The translations under genes and the position numbers were made by a program. 64,000 bases of DNA. Origin: an uncultured bacterium. Its GTDB lineage: Bacteria > Zhuqueibacterota > QNDG01 > CAYUAG01. Where the stretch lies: NCBI GenBank assembly GCA_964554015.1, contig CAZKMO010000003.1, positions 127-64,126 of the forward strand, written 5' to 3'. Shown here piece after piece: positions 1 through 9,338 of this stretch; within the stretch, counting starts at the first letter, position 1, and every line of letters begins with the position of its first letter. The notes beneath the pieces are model-generated. The model made no database searches and was not told where the DNA came from. It was given only the letters and a program-made list of their open reading frames with translations.

Positions 1-1379
1 TTTATTTCTCTGCTTCTTACTTGAGATAAAATACTTTCAATTGCTTTAAGAAGTTGGGCAGTTTCATCAAATCCGAACATTTGGGCTGAGGCATGCAAAA
101 GTTTACATGCCTGACGGGCTTCCAGAACAGCTCTTCTATTTTTAAAATCTTCCCGTAAGGACTGAATAGCTCTATCAAATCTTTGTAAATCTCCAGCTGC
201 TTCTTCTTTAAATATTTTATAAAAAATTAATCCTGACTGCTTGATTTTTTTTGAACTTCTATCTTCCCTATCTTCATCTATATCAGAATTGAGAATTGAT
301 TCTTTGATATTATACATATCTTCATTAAGAGCATCTGATGAAGATTTGGGGAAATCTTCTATAAGCTGGGATTCAGATTGAGACTGTACAATTCTTTCCT
401 CAATTTTTGTTTCTTTTTGTAATCCGCTTACAATCAACATTACTTTTAAAGTATTACGCAGATTCTTTTGTATAGTAGCACCCCAGATTATTCTGGCATT
501 GGGATCAAGTTTTTCCGTAACAATTTTGATAATTTGTCTTGCTTCTTGTAATTTTAAATTTGGTCCGCCGGTTATGTGAATTAACGCACTTTGGGCACCA
601 GAAATATCCTGTTCCATCATAGGATGTATAATCGCCCTTTGGATTGCCTCATGTATTTTATTTTCTGAATCACTTTCTCCAAAGCCGATAAAAGCATTGG
701 GGCCATCTTTCATTACAATGCTGATATCAGCAAAATCGAGATTTACCAATCCTCTTTTTAATACCATATTGGATAAACCTTCCAGGGCATTAATTAAAAT
801 ATCATCAGAAGCATTAAATGCTTTTTGTAAAGAAAGATCCGGGTAAAGATCAATTAGTTTATTATTCTCGAGTACGATGAGGGTATCCACATATTTCTTG
901 AGTTTTTCCAGCCCAATTTTAGCATTTTCCCATCTGATTATACCTTCTTCAGAAAATGGCATAGTAACAACTGCAACCGTTAAAATACCTTCTTCTTTTG
1001 CTAATTTACCGATAATAGGAGTTGCCCCTGTTCCTGTCCCACCTCCGAGTCCACAGGTTAAAAATAATAAATCGGTTTCCTGGAGCATATCAATTATATC
1101 TTGCTGTGATTCCCGAATAGCTCTTTCACCCAGTTCAGGATCTCCACCAGAACCTAAACCAGCAGTTATGTTTTTTCCGATCAATATTTTTTTATCCGAA
1201 CTCACATCTATTAAATGTTGAGCATCTGTATTAATAGCGATGGTTTCCAAACCTTTCAGCTTATTTTTCATAAGATGATTAATGGTATTATTACCTGCTC
1301 CGCCTATTCCCAACACTCGTATTTGGGTATTATAGGGATTAATTGAGGTTGAATCAGTTTGAAATTGTTGTGTAACCAT
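1..1379 (-). CDS. ftsZ: Cell division GTPase FtsZ, 3' end runs off the window edge. Start ATG at 1379. At least 459 codons are visible, so the C-terminal region is unusually long.
   Basis: Minus-strand translation from 1379 gives MVTQQFQTDSTSINPYNTQIRVLGIGGAGNNTINHLMKNKLKGLETIAINTDAQHLIDVS. The tubulin signature GLGGGTGTG is encoded around 1021-1060. The frame stays open to position 3. Confidence 0.88.
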   Translation of the reverse strand, partial: MVTQQFQTDSTSINPYNTQIRVLGIGGAGNNTINHLMKNKLKGLETIAINTDAQHLIDVSSDKKILIGKNITAGLGSGGDPELGERAIRESQQDIIDMLQETDLLFLTCGLGGGTGTGATPIIGKLAKEEGILTVAVVTMPFSEEGIIRWENAKIGLEKLKKYVDTLIVLENNKLIDLYPDLSLQKAFNASDDILINALEGLSNMVLKRGLVNLDFADISIVMKDGPNAFIGFGESDSENKIHEAIQRAIIHPMMEQDISGAQSALIHITGGPNLKLQEARQIIKIVTEKLDPNARIIWGATIQKNLRNTLKVMLIVSGLQKETKIEERIVQSQSESQLIEDFPKSSSDALNEDMYNIKESILNSDIDEDREDRSSKKIKQSGLIFYKIFKEEAAGDLQRFDRAIQSLREDFKNRRAVLEARQACKLLHASAQMFGFDETAQLLKAIESILSQVRSREI

Positions 1380-1391
1380 ATTTTATACTCA

Positions 1392-1790
1392 TTATTTTGA
1401 TTTATTCTTTTCTTTTAAAAAGGCATACACCAGCTTTCTAAGATCATTCATATCAAATGGTTTTTCTATATATCCTGCTTTTCCCCAGCGATTTAAAGCA
1501 TCAATAACTTCTATCGAACCATGGGCAGTCATTACAATTACTAAGGTGTCAGGATATTTCTTTTTTACTTTATTTAAAAGTTCCCAACCGTTTATTTCCG
1601 GCATCCTCAGATCAGTTATTAACAGATCAATATTCTCTTGAGAAAGTATATCCAGTGCACTTTTTCCAGAATTTGCACACAGTACTTTTATTTTATCATT
1701 ATCTCTTGATAATCTCCGGGATATACTCCAAGTAAGATCTTCTTCATCATCAACAATTAATATTTTTTTATATTCGTTTTTGTTTTGCAT
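1392..1790 (-). CDS. Single-domain CheY-like response regulator. The ORF track starts at a TTG at 1802; the ATG at 1790, preceded by GAGAGGAAAA, is the likelier start.
   Basis: KKILIVDDEED, phospho-acceptor LLITDLRMP, VMTAH and EKPF motifs. Only 12 nt separate it from ftsZ. Confidence 0.85.
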   Translation of the reverse strand: MQNKNEYKKILIVDDEEDLTWSISRRLSRDNDKIKVLCANSGKSALDILSQENIDLLITDLRMPEINGWELLNKVKKKYPDTLVIVMTAHGSIEVIDALNRWGKAGYIEKPFDMNDLRKLVYAFLKEKNKSK

Positions 1791-1832
1791 TTTTCCTCTC
1801 AACAGGTAATTTTATTTTCGTTATTATTTTCG

Positions 1833-1847
1833 GCAAATATTGTACCA
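1833..1847 (-). promoter_or_regulatory. Candidate sigma-54 (-24/-12) promoter driving the regulator-ftsZ unit
   Basis: Minus-strand sequence TGGTACAATATTTGC has GG-N10-GC spacing and a TTGC -12 box. It lies about 45 nt upstream of the ATG at 1790, directly downstream of a sigma-54 activator gene. Confidence 0.45.
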
Positions 1848-1996
1848 AGAATAGTAATCCAGTATACCTGTAAATACTATTTCTATAATTTACTGTAATT
1901 TATAAAGATAGATTGTTATATTAAAAATTTCTGATGTAAAAAATCGTATTTATATAACATTTTTTGGATTATTTCTGACCAATATATTTTATTCGA

Positions 1997-3364
1997 TTAT
2001 TTTAAATCATTCTCTGAAATCTTATAGCTTTTAAGTTTTTCTCGTAAAGTTGAACGAGATATATTTAGAATTCTGGATGCCTTTGATTTATTACCATTTG
2101 TAGTTTTTAAGATATGAAGGATATGCTGTTTTTCCATTTCCTGTAATGATACTTTACCAAAAGATTTGTTTGCTATGGGAAATTTTTCTTCTTGAAGTTC
2201 CATGGGTAAAAAATCCGGAGTTAAGGAATCATCATTACAAAGGATAATACTTCTTTCAATAACATTTTTTAATTCTCTCACATTACCGGGCCAGGAATAG
2301 TTTAAGAGAATATTTTCAGTTTTTTTATCTATTTTTTGGATGTTTTTATTAAACTCTTTGTTGTACAATTGAATATAAAACTTTGCCAATAGTAATATAT
2401 CTTCTTTTCTCTCCCGTAAAGGAGGCATATTAATTTCCATTACTTTTAATCGGTAATAAAGATCATCTCTAAATTTCTGTTGATTTACCAGATCACGCAG
2501 ATCAGTATTGGAGGCAGCGATTACCCGAACATCGATATTAATATCTGTAGTTCCCCCAATTCTTCGAAAAATTTGGGATTCAATAACCCGAAGAATTTTC
2601 GGTTGCAAAGAAAGTTTCATACTGGAAATTTCATCCAAAAATATAGTTCCGCCATGAGCAAGTTCAAAAAGACCCTTTTTAGTATTGCGAGCATCAGTAA
2701 AAGCACCCTTTTCATGACCAAATAATTCACTTTCTAGTAAATTCTCTGGAATTGCACTGCAATTTAATTTAATAAAGGGCTGGTTTGCTCTGTCACTAAG
2801 ATAATGAATAGCATTTGCAACTAATTCTTTACCAGTACCGCTTTCTCCCAGGATTAAAATAGATGTTTTGGGTGTTTTGGCAACAATATTGGTTAAATTT
2901 CTGACATTCTCGATGGATTCACTTTCACCATAAATTGCATTTTCGGGAAAATGCTCCTTATGTTCTTTTCTCAACCTATCAACTTCCCTCTTCAATTGAT
3001 GGGTTTCTAAAATTTTCTTGACATTTAATTTCAATTCATCAAGTTCAAAAGGTTTAACCAAATAATCGTGTGCACCTTTTTTCATGGCGTCAATAGCCGG
3101 TTTGGCATCTGTCATGGCTGTCATCATTAACACTAAAATATCCGGATCCAATTCTTTTATTTTTTCTAATAAATCTATACCATTAATATCGGGAAGTTTA
3201 ATATCTAATATGACCAGATCAATTATTTTGTTTTTAAGAATCGATAATCCCTTTTTTCCCTTGGTAGTAGAATTAACAATATATCCTTCTTTTTCCAAAG
3301 TTTTGGTTAAAGTAAATATCATGTCTTCATTATCTTCAATAATCAATATACTTGCTTTACTCAT
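1997..3364 (-). CDS. Sigma-54-dependent response regulator (NtrC/Fis family): receiver, AAA+ sigma-54 interaction domain and C-terminal HTH
   Basis: ILIIEDNED...ILDIKLP receiver; Walker A GESGTGKE; GAFTDA (GAFTGA variant); ESELFGHEKGAFT; C-terminal ASRILNISRSTLREKLK helix-turn-helix. Confidence 0.9.
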   Translation of the reverse strand: MSKASILIIEDNEDMIFTLTKTLEKEGYIVNSTTKGKKGLSILKNKIIDLVILDIKLPDINGIDLLEKIKELDPDILVLMMTAMTDAKPAIDAMKKGAHDYLVKPFELDELKLNVKKILETHQLKREVDRLRKEHKEHFPENAIYGESESIENVRNLTNIVAKTPKTSILILGESGTGKELVANAIHYLSDRANQPFIKLNCSAIPENLLESELFGHEKGAFTDARNTKKGLFELAHGGTIFLDEISSMKLSLQPKILRVIESQIFRRIGGTTDINIDVRVIAASNTDLRDLVNQQKFRDDLYYRLKVMEINMPPLRERKEDILLLAKFYIQLYNKEFNKNIQKIDKKTENILLNYSWPGNVRELKNVIERSIILCNDDSLTPDFLPMELQEEKFPIANKSFGKVSLQEMEKQHILHILKTTNGNKSKASRILNISRSTLREKLKSYKISENDLK

Positions 3365-5315
3365 TTAATTCTCCTTCAGGTAAAATTATAGTAAATGTCG
3401 TACCCTTATTCAGTTCACTCTGCACATCTATATCACCATGATGATCTTCAATAATTCTATAGACAATTGAAAGCCCCATGCCTAATCCATCAGATTTGGT
3501 GGTGAAAAACGGATCAAAGATTGATTCTAATTTGTCGGAATGAATTCCTTTTCCGGTATCGGTAATATTAATCTGAACAAATGAATCTTGTTTTATCCAT
3601 TTATCTGCTTTTTTTATTAATTTGGGGATGGAAAATTTAATTGGTTTTGCAGATACCGTTATGGATCCATTTTTATTGATGGCATCAATGGCATTAAGCA
3701 TTAAATTTAAAAATACTTGCTGTATTTGTTGGGGATCAATAATCACGATAGGGAGATCATCATCAATATCTTCTATATAATTAATATTATTGGTTTTAAA
3801 TTTTTTGATTATAAGATTTATTACTTCATGAATCACTTTTTTGATATCATATGACTTTCTATCTGGGGGTTTGGGTCGTGCGAAAGCAACGATCGCCTTT
3901 AATAATTCATCTAATCTGTTTACTTGGTTTATAATTCGGGTTAAATATTCTAATCTTGAATCATCCGGTTCAAATTCATCTTTACAGGTCTGGCTTAAAC
4001 TTTTTATTCCAGCCAAAGGATTTTTTATTTCATGAGCTATGCCGGAAGCCAATATTCCCAGGGAAGCCAGTCTTTCCATTCTCTTTACTTCATTATGCAT
4101 CTGTTTTAATTCCGATATATCCCGGAAAGAAATAATGGTTCCAACTTTATTATTTAGATTATCGATTCTATCGGTAGTCGTAAATCCTATGGAAATTTTT
4201 TCTCCGGATTTAACAGTTAATTGAGTTTCACGGCTATACGGTAAAGCTCCTGGCTTGGTAGAACTCATGAGAAGTATATCTACTTCCTTGGGGATAAGTA
4301 CGGATTTTATTTTTTCTCCCAATACTTCCTCAGATTTCCATCCCAATATTCTCTCACCACCGGTATTAAGTGACGTTATAAAACCATTTAAATCAACGGT
4401 GAGCAGACCAGCGTCCATACTCTGAATGATACTTTCGTTAAAATTTTTTAATTCTAAAATTTCATTTTCCATCATTTTTTGTTCTGTAACATCCCGGGCT
4501 ATTCCCATGGAGCCCACAATTGAACCATGTTCAAAAATGGGAGTGATATTAAAGGATAGAATATAACAATCAGAAATATTACTCATGATTTGAGCCTGAA
4601 ATATTCTGGCTCTTCCTTGATGCACCAGCTGATAATTTTTTATGGCTCGTTTACGGTCTTGTTCTAGAATTAATTCTGAAAAATCTCTTTGCAGCCATTC
4701 TTTCTTTTTAAAACCGGTTAAGGGTTTGAACCGATTATTTAAATATACAAATTTTCCATTCTGATCAAGAGTGAAAATAAAATCATTTGCATTTTCAAGT
4801 AAGTCTCTATATCTGTATTCAGATCGCTTTATCTCCTGGCTTAATTCTTTATTTTTTCTTACCGATTCATCTGCAACCATAATATTTTCTAAACACTCAC
4901 GAAACCGCTTAGTATCAGAAAAATAGCTAAACCAGCCGCTAATTCCTAAGGTATAAAATTCCTTACTGTATTTAAAACGAACTTCTCTATCTGAGATAAT
5001 AATAAAAGGAATATTATGATACTCGGCTAATGATTTACTTTGTCTAAACTGTTTAAAGACTGCACAGCCATCCATATCCTCGGTTACGTAATCAGAAATA
5101 ATTAGAGCAGGGCGAATTTGAGGAATTAGTTCAATAGCCTTTGATCCTGAAGATATGGTTATGATCTCAGAATTTGTCTTTTCTAATATTTCTTTTAATT
5201 GATTGGATATTGCCTTCTTTGATTCAATAACCAATAGTTTTTTTTGTTTGAAAAAATCATCCATACTATTCTCGTTTATTATTTCTTTCAACTCATATAT
5301 AGTATTAGTTAGCAC
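3357..5315 (-). CDS. Cytoplasmic sensor histidine kinase: N-terminal receiver-like domain, two PAS domains, HisKA and HATPase_c
   Basis: H-box ASGIAHEIKNPLAGI; N/G boxes NLMLNAIDA, DTGKGI, GLGMGL; PAS-like blocks. Overlaps the downstream gene by 8 nt. Confidence 0.85.
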   Translation of the reverse strand: MLTNTIYELKEIINENSMDDFFKQKKLLVIESKKAISNQLKEILEKTNSEIITISSGSKAIELIPQIRPALIISDYVTEDMDGCAVFKQFRQSKSLAEYHNIPFIIISDREVRFKYSKEFYTLGISGWFSYFSDTKRFRECLENIMVADESVRKNKELSQEIKRSEYRYRDLLENANDFIFTLDQNGKFVYLNNRFKPLTGFKKKEWLQRDFSELILEQDRKRAIKNYQLVHQGRARIFQAQIMSNISDCYILSFNITPIFEHGSIVGSMGIARDVTEQKMMENEILELKNFNESIIQSMDAGLLTVDLNGFITSLNTGGERILGWKSEEVLGEKIKSVLIPKEVDILLMSSTKPGALPYSRETQLTVKSGEKISIGFTTTDRIDNLNNKVGTIISFRDISELKQMHNEVKRMERLASLGILASGIAHEIKNPLAGIKSLSQTCKDEFEPDDSRLEYLTRIINQVNRLDELLKAIVAFARPKPPDRKSYDIKKVIHEVINLIIKKFKTNNINYIEDIDDDLPIVIIDPQQIQQVFLNLMLNAIDAINKNGSITVSAKPIKFSIPKLIKKADKWIKQDSFVQINITDTGKGIHSDKLESIFDPFFTTKSDGLGMGLSIVYRIIEDHHGDIDVQSELNKGTTFTIILPEGELNE

Positions 5316-6768
5316 ACTGCAAAGTAAAATAAAATATTGATCCTCTCCCTAAAGTACTGTTAACTTTAAGTTCGGAATTATGTTGATCAATAATTTCCTT
5401 GGTTAAAGCCAAACCTAATCCAGAACCAAATTCACTGTCTTCATCAGTATGATTAACCCGGTAAAATTTTCTGAATATTTTATCCAAAGAATCTTCCGGT
5501 ATTCCATATCCATTATCAATAACACTAATAGTTATAACTTTATCTTTTTGTTCCAGCTTAATAGTGATTTCAGAACCGGAAGGGCTGTATTTAATGGCAT
5601 TGGATATTAAATTCTGTATTACTTGTTCAATAAGTTGTTGATCACCATAAGCCAAACAAATATGGGGTAAACAAGTTTTCTCAATTTGTATGTTCTTGCT
5701 CTGGGCAGTTGACATATATGAAGTAATAATCTTATCAACCAATTGTTCAATATTAAAGGGATGGATTTGGATTTGAATTTTACCTTCTTCCAGTTTGGAA
5801 AGATCGAGAAATTTATTTACCAATTTAACCAATCGTGATGTTTCATTTAAAATGATTGTAGAATATTCTTTGACCTTAACATTCCTGACATTTAAATCAC
5901 GAAGCAGATCACTAAATCCATAAATAGAGGTTAAAGGTGATTTTAGTTCATGGGCAACCATAGTCACCAGTTCAGATTTCATTTTATTGGCTATATATTC
6001 ATTAGTAATATCTCTTATCACAGTGACGATTCCTACAAATTCATTATTATCACTATAGATTCTGGAACCTGATGCCTGAAAATATTTTTTTGTGGCTATA
6101 TTTTTAATCCGCAAATCAAATATAATATCTTCAGTTTGTTTTCCATCCCGCAATTTTTTAAAAAGATTTAAAATTTGTTTAATTTTGATAATTTTTTTTA
6201 AATTTTGATTAAATACTTCCTTTTCCGTAAAACCAAATAATGTTTCAGCAGCTGGATTCACCATTAAAATCCTATATTGAGTATCTGTTACAATAACGCC
6301 ATCTACAATATTGCGTAAAATTCCTTCAATTTTATTCTTGGCATTAATAATTCCAGATAGGTCTATTTTTTTTATTCTCTCCATTTCATGAGCCATATAG
6401 ATAAACATTTTCTGAATTCTGTCCATATATTTATTTTTAGTAGCAGGAAAATTATTATTAAATTTACCCCTGGCAATATCAGTTGTATTATAAATTAATA
6501 TTCCTAAGGATTTACTTAACAGCAGTAAACAAAAATAAGTTATAATGAAAGATAAAAAAATAAGGATAGGAAAAAATGTAATATAGTTTTTTAAGCCGCA
6601 ATCATTTATAAAAGAAAAAACTGTATCTGACTGGGTTTCAATAGGTATTATTTTTACATCTATTAAAAAAATGAATAATAGTATTAACAATAGTAAAAAC
6701 ACCAGGTTTATAAACCAGATTCCAATAAAGGTTAATTTGTTGTATTTTATTTTTTTAAAAAAATGCAC
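5305..6768 (-). CDS. Membrane-anchored sensor histidine kinase (transmembrane N-terminus, PAS, HisKA, HATPase_c)
   Basis: Hydrophobic N-terminus; H-box MVAHELKSPLTSI; NLISNAIKY, DNGYGI, GSGLGL. Confidence 0.85.
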   Translation of the reverse strand: MHFFKKIKYNKLTFIGIWFINLVFLLLLILLFIFLIDVKIIPIETQSDTVFSFINDCGLKNYITFFPILIFLSFIITYFCLLLLSKSLGILIYNTTDIARGKFNNNFPATKNKYMDRIQKMFIYMAHEMERIKKIDLSGIINAKNKIEGILRNIVDGVIVTDTQYRILMVNPAAETLFGFTEKEVFNQNLKKIIKIKQILNLFKKLRDGKQTEDIIFDLRIKNIATKKYFQASGSRIYSDNNEFVGIVTVIRDITNEYIANKMKSELVTMVAHELKSPLTSIYGFSDLLRDLNVRNVKVKEYSTIILNETSRLVKLVNKFLDLSKLEEGKIQIQIHPFNIEQLVDKIITSYMSTAQSKNIQIEKTCLPHICLAYGDQQLIEQVIQNLISNAIKYSPSGSEITIKLEQKDKVITISVIDNGYGIPEDSLDKIFRKFYRVNHTDEDSEFGSGLGLALTKEIIDQHNSELKVNSTLGRGSIFYFTLQCAN

Positions 6769-6787
6769 TGCACATCCTAATCTTACA

Positions 6788-7753
6788 TTAAAGAGTTTCG
6801 GATCGGTTTCTTCCCTTATTTTTTGCTTTGTAAAGTGCCTTATCTGCTAATTGAATTATCTGTTCTTCGTCCTCCACATCATCAGGAAAAGTGGCTATGC
6901 CTATACTAATGGTTATTTTTTCCCCCGGTAATCTGTTTCTTAAATGAAAATCATATTCTTCGACTAAAATGCGCAATTTTTCGGCTACTATACTAGAGGC
7001 CTTTTTATTAGTCCCGGGTAGGATTATGGCAAATTCTTCTCCTCCATAACGGGCAATGGTATCTACTTCTCTGAGATTTACAGTTAATAATTCAGCAAAT
7101 TGTTTAAGAACCCTGTCACCATTAGGGTGACCAAAAGTATCATTATAACGTTTAAAATGATCTATATCTATCATTAAAAGCGAAACCGGCAGTTTAAATC
7201 TCTTAGATCGTATGATCTCATAATGAATTTGATTTTTAAAAGCTCGGTAATTAAATAATTCTGTCAGTCCATCTGTAACTGCCAATTTTTTTAACTTTTC
7301 CTTAACAATTTCTAACTCATTATATTTTTGCTCTAGGGTTTTATGAAGATGTTTAATACGTATCAAGGATTTAACCCTGGTTATTAATTCTACCCGGTTA
7401 TAAGGTTTAGTAATGAAATCATCCGCTCCTGCACTGGTTCCCTTGATTCTTTCATCGTCTCCCCGTAAAGCCGTAACCAGAATTATGGGGATAAAACTGG
7501 TATTTTTAGATGATTTTAATTTTTTACAAATGGTAAATCCATCAGTATCCGGAAGAACTATATCTAAAATTATTATACTGGGAGAAAATTGATTCACTTT
7601 CTTTATTGCCTCAACTCCGGTTGAAGCCATTTCTATATCATATCCTTCGGAAGAAAGATAGGTTTTTAATAATAAACGATTATTGGTCTCATCATCAACA
7701 ACAAGAATAATATCTTTTTTATCTGATGAATTTTTATTTTTACTATCATTCAT
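6788..7753 (-). CDS. Response regulator with GGDEF output domain (PleD-like diguanylate cyclase)
   Basis: Receiver ILVVDDE...ILDIVLPDTDG; active-site RYGGEEF with an upstream RxxD I-site (REVD). Confidence 0.85.
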   Translation of the reverse strand: MNDSKNKNSSDKKDIILVVDDETNNRLLLKTYLSSEGYDIEMASTGVEAIKKVNQFSPSIIILDIVLPDTDGFTICKKLKSSKNTSFIPIILVTALRGDDERIKGTSAGADDFITKPYNRVELITRVKSLIRIKHLHKTLEQKYNELEIVKEKLKKLAVTDGLTELFNYRAFKNQIHYEIIRSKRFKLPVSLLMIDIDHFKRYNDTFGHPNGDRVLKQFAELLTVNLREVDTIARYGGEEFAIILPGTNKKASSIVAEKLRILVEEYDFHLRNRLPGEKITISIGIATFPDDVEDEEQIIQLADKALYKAKNKGRNRSETL

Positions 7754-7765
7754 GAAATTATGGTA

Positions 7766-9217
7766 TTAACTATCTTTCTGGAATTTGACATCCAGATCCC
7801 TGGCAGCCATTCCTTCATTCAAACGAAAAACAGGCGTTTTAGTAGGAGCATTCCTGACAATTTCAGGATTTTCCTCGGTTTCCCGGGCAATGGTGATCAT
7901 CGCATCGATAAACTTATCCAGTTCTTCTTTGGATTCGGTTTCAGTTGGTTCTATCATCAAAGCTTCTTGAACAACAAGAGGGAAATAAACAGTAGGTGCA
8001 TGAATGCCAAAATCCAGTAAATGCTTTGCCATATCCAGGGTTTTAACCCCTTTTTCTTTTTGCCAGTTTCCCGAAAGTACAAACTCATGCATGGCATGCT
8101 GGGTATAAGGAAGGAGGTAATACTTTTCTAATTTTCTCATAACGTAATTGGCATTAATTATGGCATTTTTGCTCACCTTTTTTAGACCTGTAGATCCAAG
8201 CATTCTTATATATACATAGGCTTTAACCATTATGTTAAAATTTCCAAAAAATTCATGTATTCTTCCAATTGATTTTGGTCTGTCATAGTCAAAAATAAAT
8301 GTATTATTTCTTTTGGATATTACGGGGACAGGGAGATAATCAGATAATTCTGAGGTAACCCCAACTGGTCCGCTGCCTGGTCCACCTCCCCCGTGAGGTG
8401 TGGAAAAAGTTTTATGAAGGTTAAAATGGACAATATCAAATCCAATATCTCCCGGACGCACAATTCCCAGCAAAGCATTTAGATTAGCTCCATCCATATA
8501 AAGAAGGGCACCAATGTCATGCATTAAGGAAGCAATTTGTTTAATATCCTTTTCAAATAACCCCAGCGTATTGGGATTAGTAACCATAAAACCAGCAACA
8601 TCCTTATTGAGTTTTTTCTTTAAATCATCAACATCGATGAGACCTTTATTATTGGATTTTACTTGAACCAGATCATAACCAGATACAGTTACATTAGCCG
8701 GATTAGTACCATGAGCTGAATCTGGAATGAGTATAGTTTTGCGAAGATTACCCTTGGTATCATGATAAGCTCGAATAATTTTAATACCGGTTAATTCGCC
8801 TTGAGCACCAGCTGATGGTTGTAAGGTAATCTCCTCCAATCCCGAGATGATCTTAAGATATTCACTAAGTTCACCCATTATCTGAATTGCTCCCCAGATA
8901 TCCTCTTGATGCTGAAATGGATGTATTTCTGTAAAACCTGGTAAAGAGGAAAGTTTATCATTAATTTTGGGATTATATTTCATAGTACATGAGCCCAAGG
9001 GATACATTCCCTTATCAATATGATAATTTAAGTTGGAAAGATGAATAAAATGCCTAATTACGTCAGATTCACTTATTTCAGGTAAGTCGGGATTTTCATT
9101 TCTAGAAAATTTTGAAGGGAGTATATCTTCCAGAGATTTTTCCGGAATATCCAAGGGGGGTAAAGTAAAACCACTTCGATTTTTCACACTAATTTCAAAT
9201 AAAAGAAATTCTGACAA
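7766..9217 (-). CDS. gcvPB: Glycine dehydrogenase (decarboxylating) subunit 2 (P-protein C-terminal half)
   Basis: N-terminal MSEFLLFEIS... is typical of GcvPB, and the length (483 aa) fits the family. Confidence 0.8.
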   Translation of the reverse strand: MSEFLLFEISVKNRSGFTLPPLDIPEKSLEDILPSKFSRNENPDLPEISESDVIRHFIHLSNLNYHIDKGMYPLGSCTMKYNPKINDKLSSLPGFTEIHPFQHQEDIWGAIQIMGELSEYLKIISGLEEITLQPSAGAQGELTGIKIIRAYHDTKGNLRKTILIPDSAHGTNPANVTVSGYDLVQVKSNNKGLIDVDDLKKKLNKDVAGFMVTNPNTLGLFEKDIKQIASLMHDIGALLYMDGANLNALLGIVRPGDIGFDIVHFNLHKTFSTPHGGGGPGSGPVGVTSELSDYLPVPVISKRNNTFIFDYDRPKSIGRIHEFFGNFNIMVKAYVYIRMLGSTGLKKVSKNAIINANYVMRKLEKYYLLPYTQHAMHEFVLSGNWQKEKGVKTLDMAKHLLDFGIHAPTVYFPLVVQEALMIEPTETESKEELDKFIDAMITIARETEENPEIVRNAPTKTPVFRLNEGMAARDLDVKFQKDS

Positions 9218-9338
9218 TTCAATCTCCAGTAAAAATTTTATACATTTCAGTTCTTATAATATCAAAATATTATCTTGTTTTGTCAAGTCTTTTCAGCTAT
9301 TATTTTTGCTTACCTTGGGAAAAAATAAGTATTTTTCA

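Noticed and set aside
877-1221. Plus-strand ORFs embedded in minus-strand genes (e.g. 877-1221, 2480-2725, 3084-3368, 13985-14191 (minus-strand ORF, antisense to ggt), 36377-36760, 43468-44145 (225 aa), 48488-49115, 63501-63815)
   Set aside because: Each lies antisense within a much longer gene of confident homology. Their translations are low-complexity (Ser/Pro/Ile-rich) with no recognisable motifs. These are typical antisense artefacts in an AT-rich genome.
9218-9338. Glycine riboswitch upstream of gcvPB
   Set aside because: Region is very AT-rich with none of the G-rich conserved aptamer blocks.
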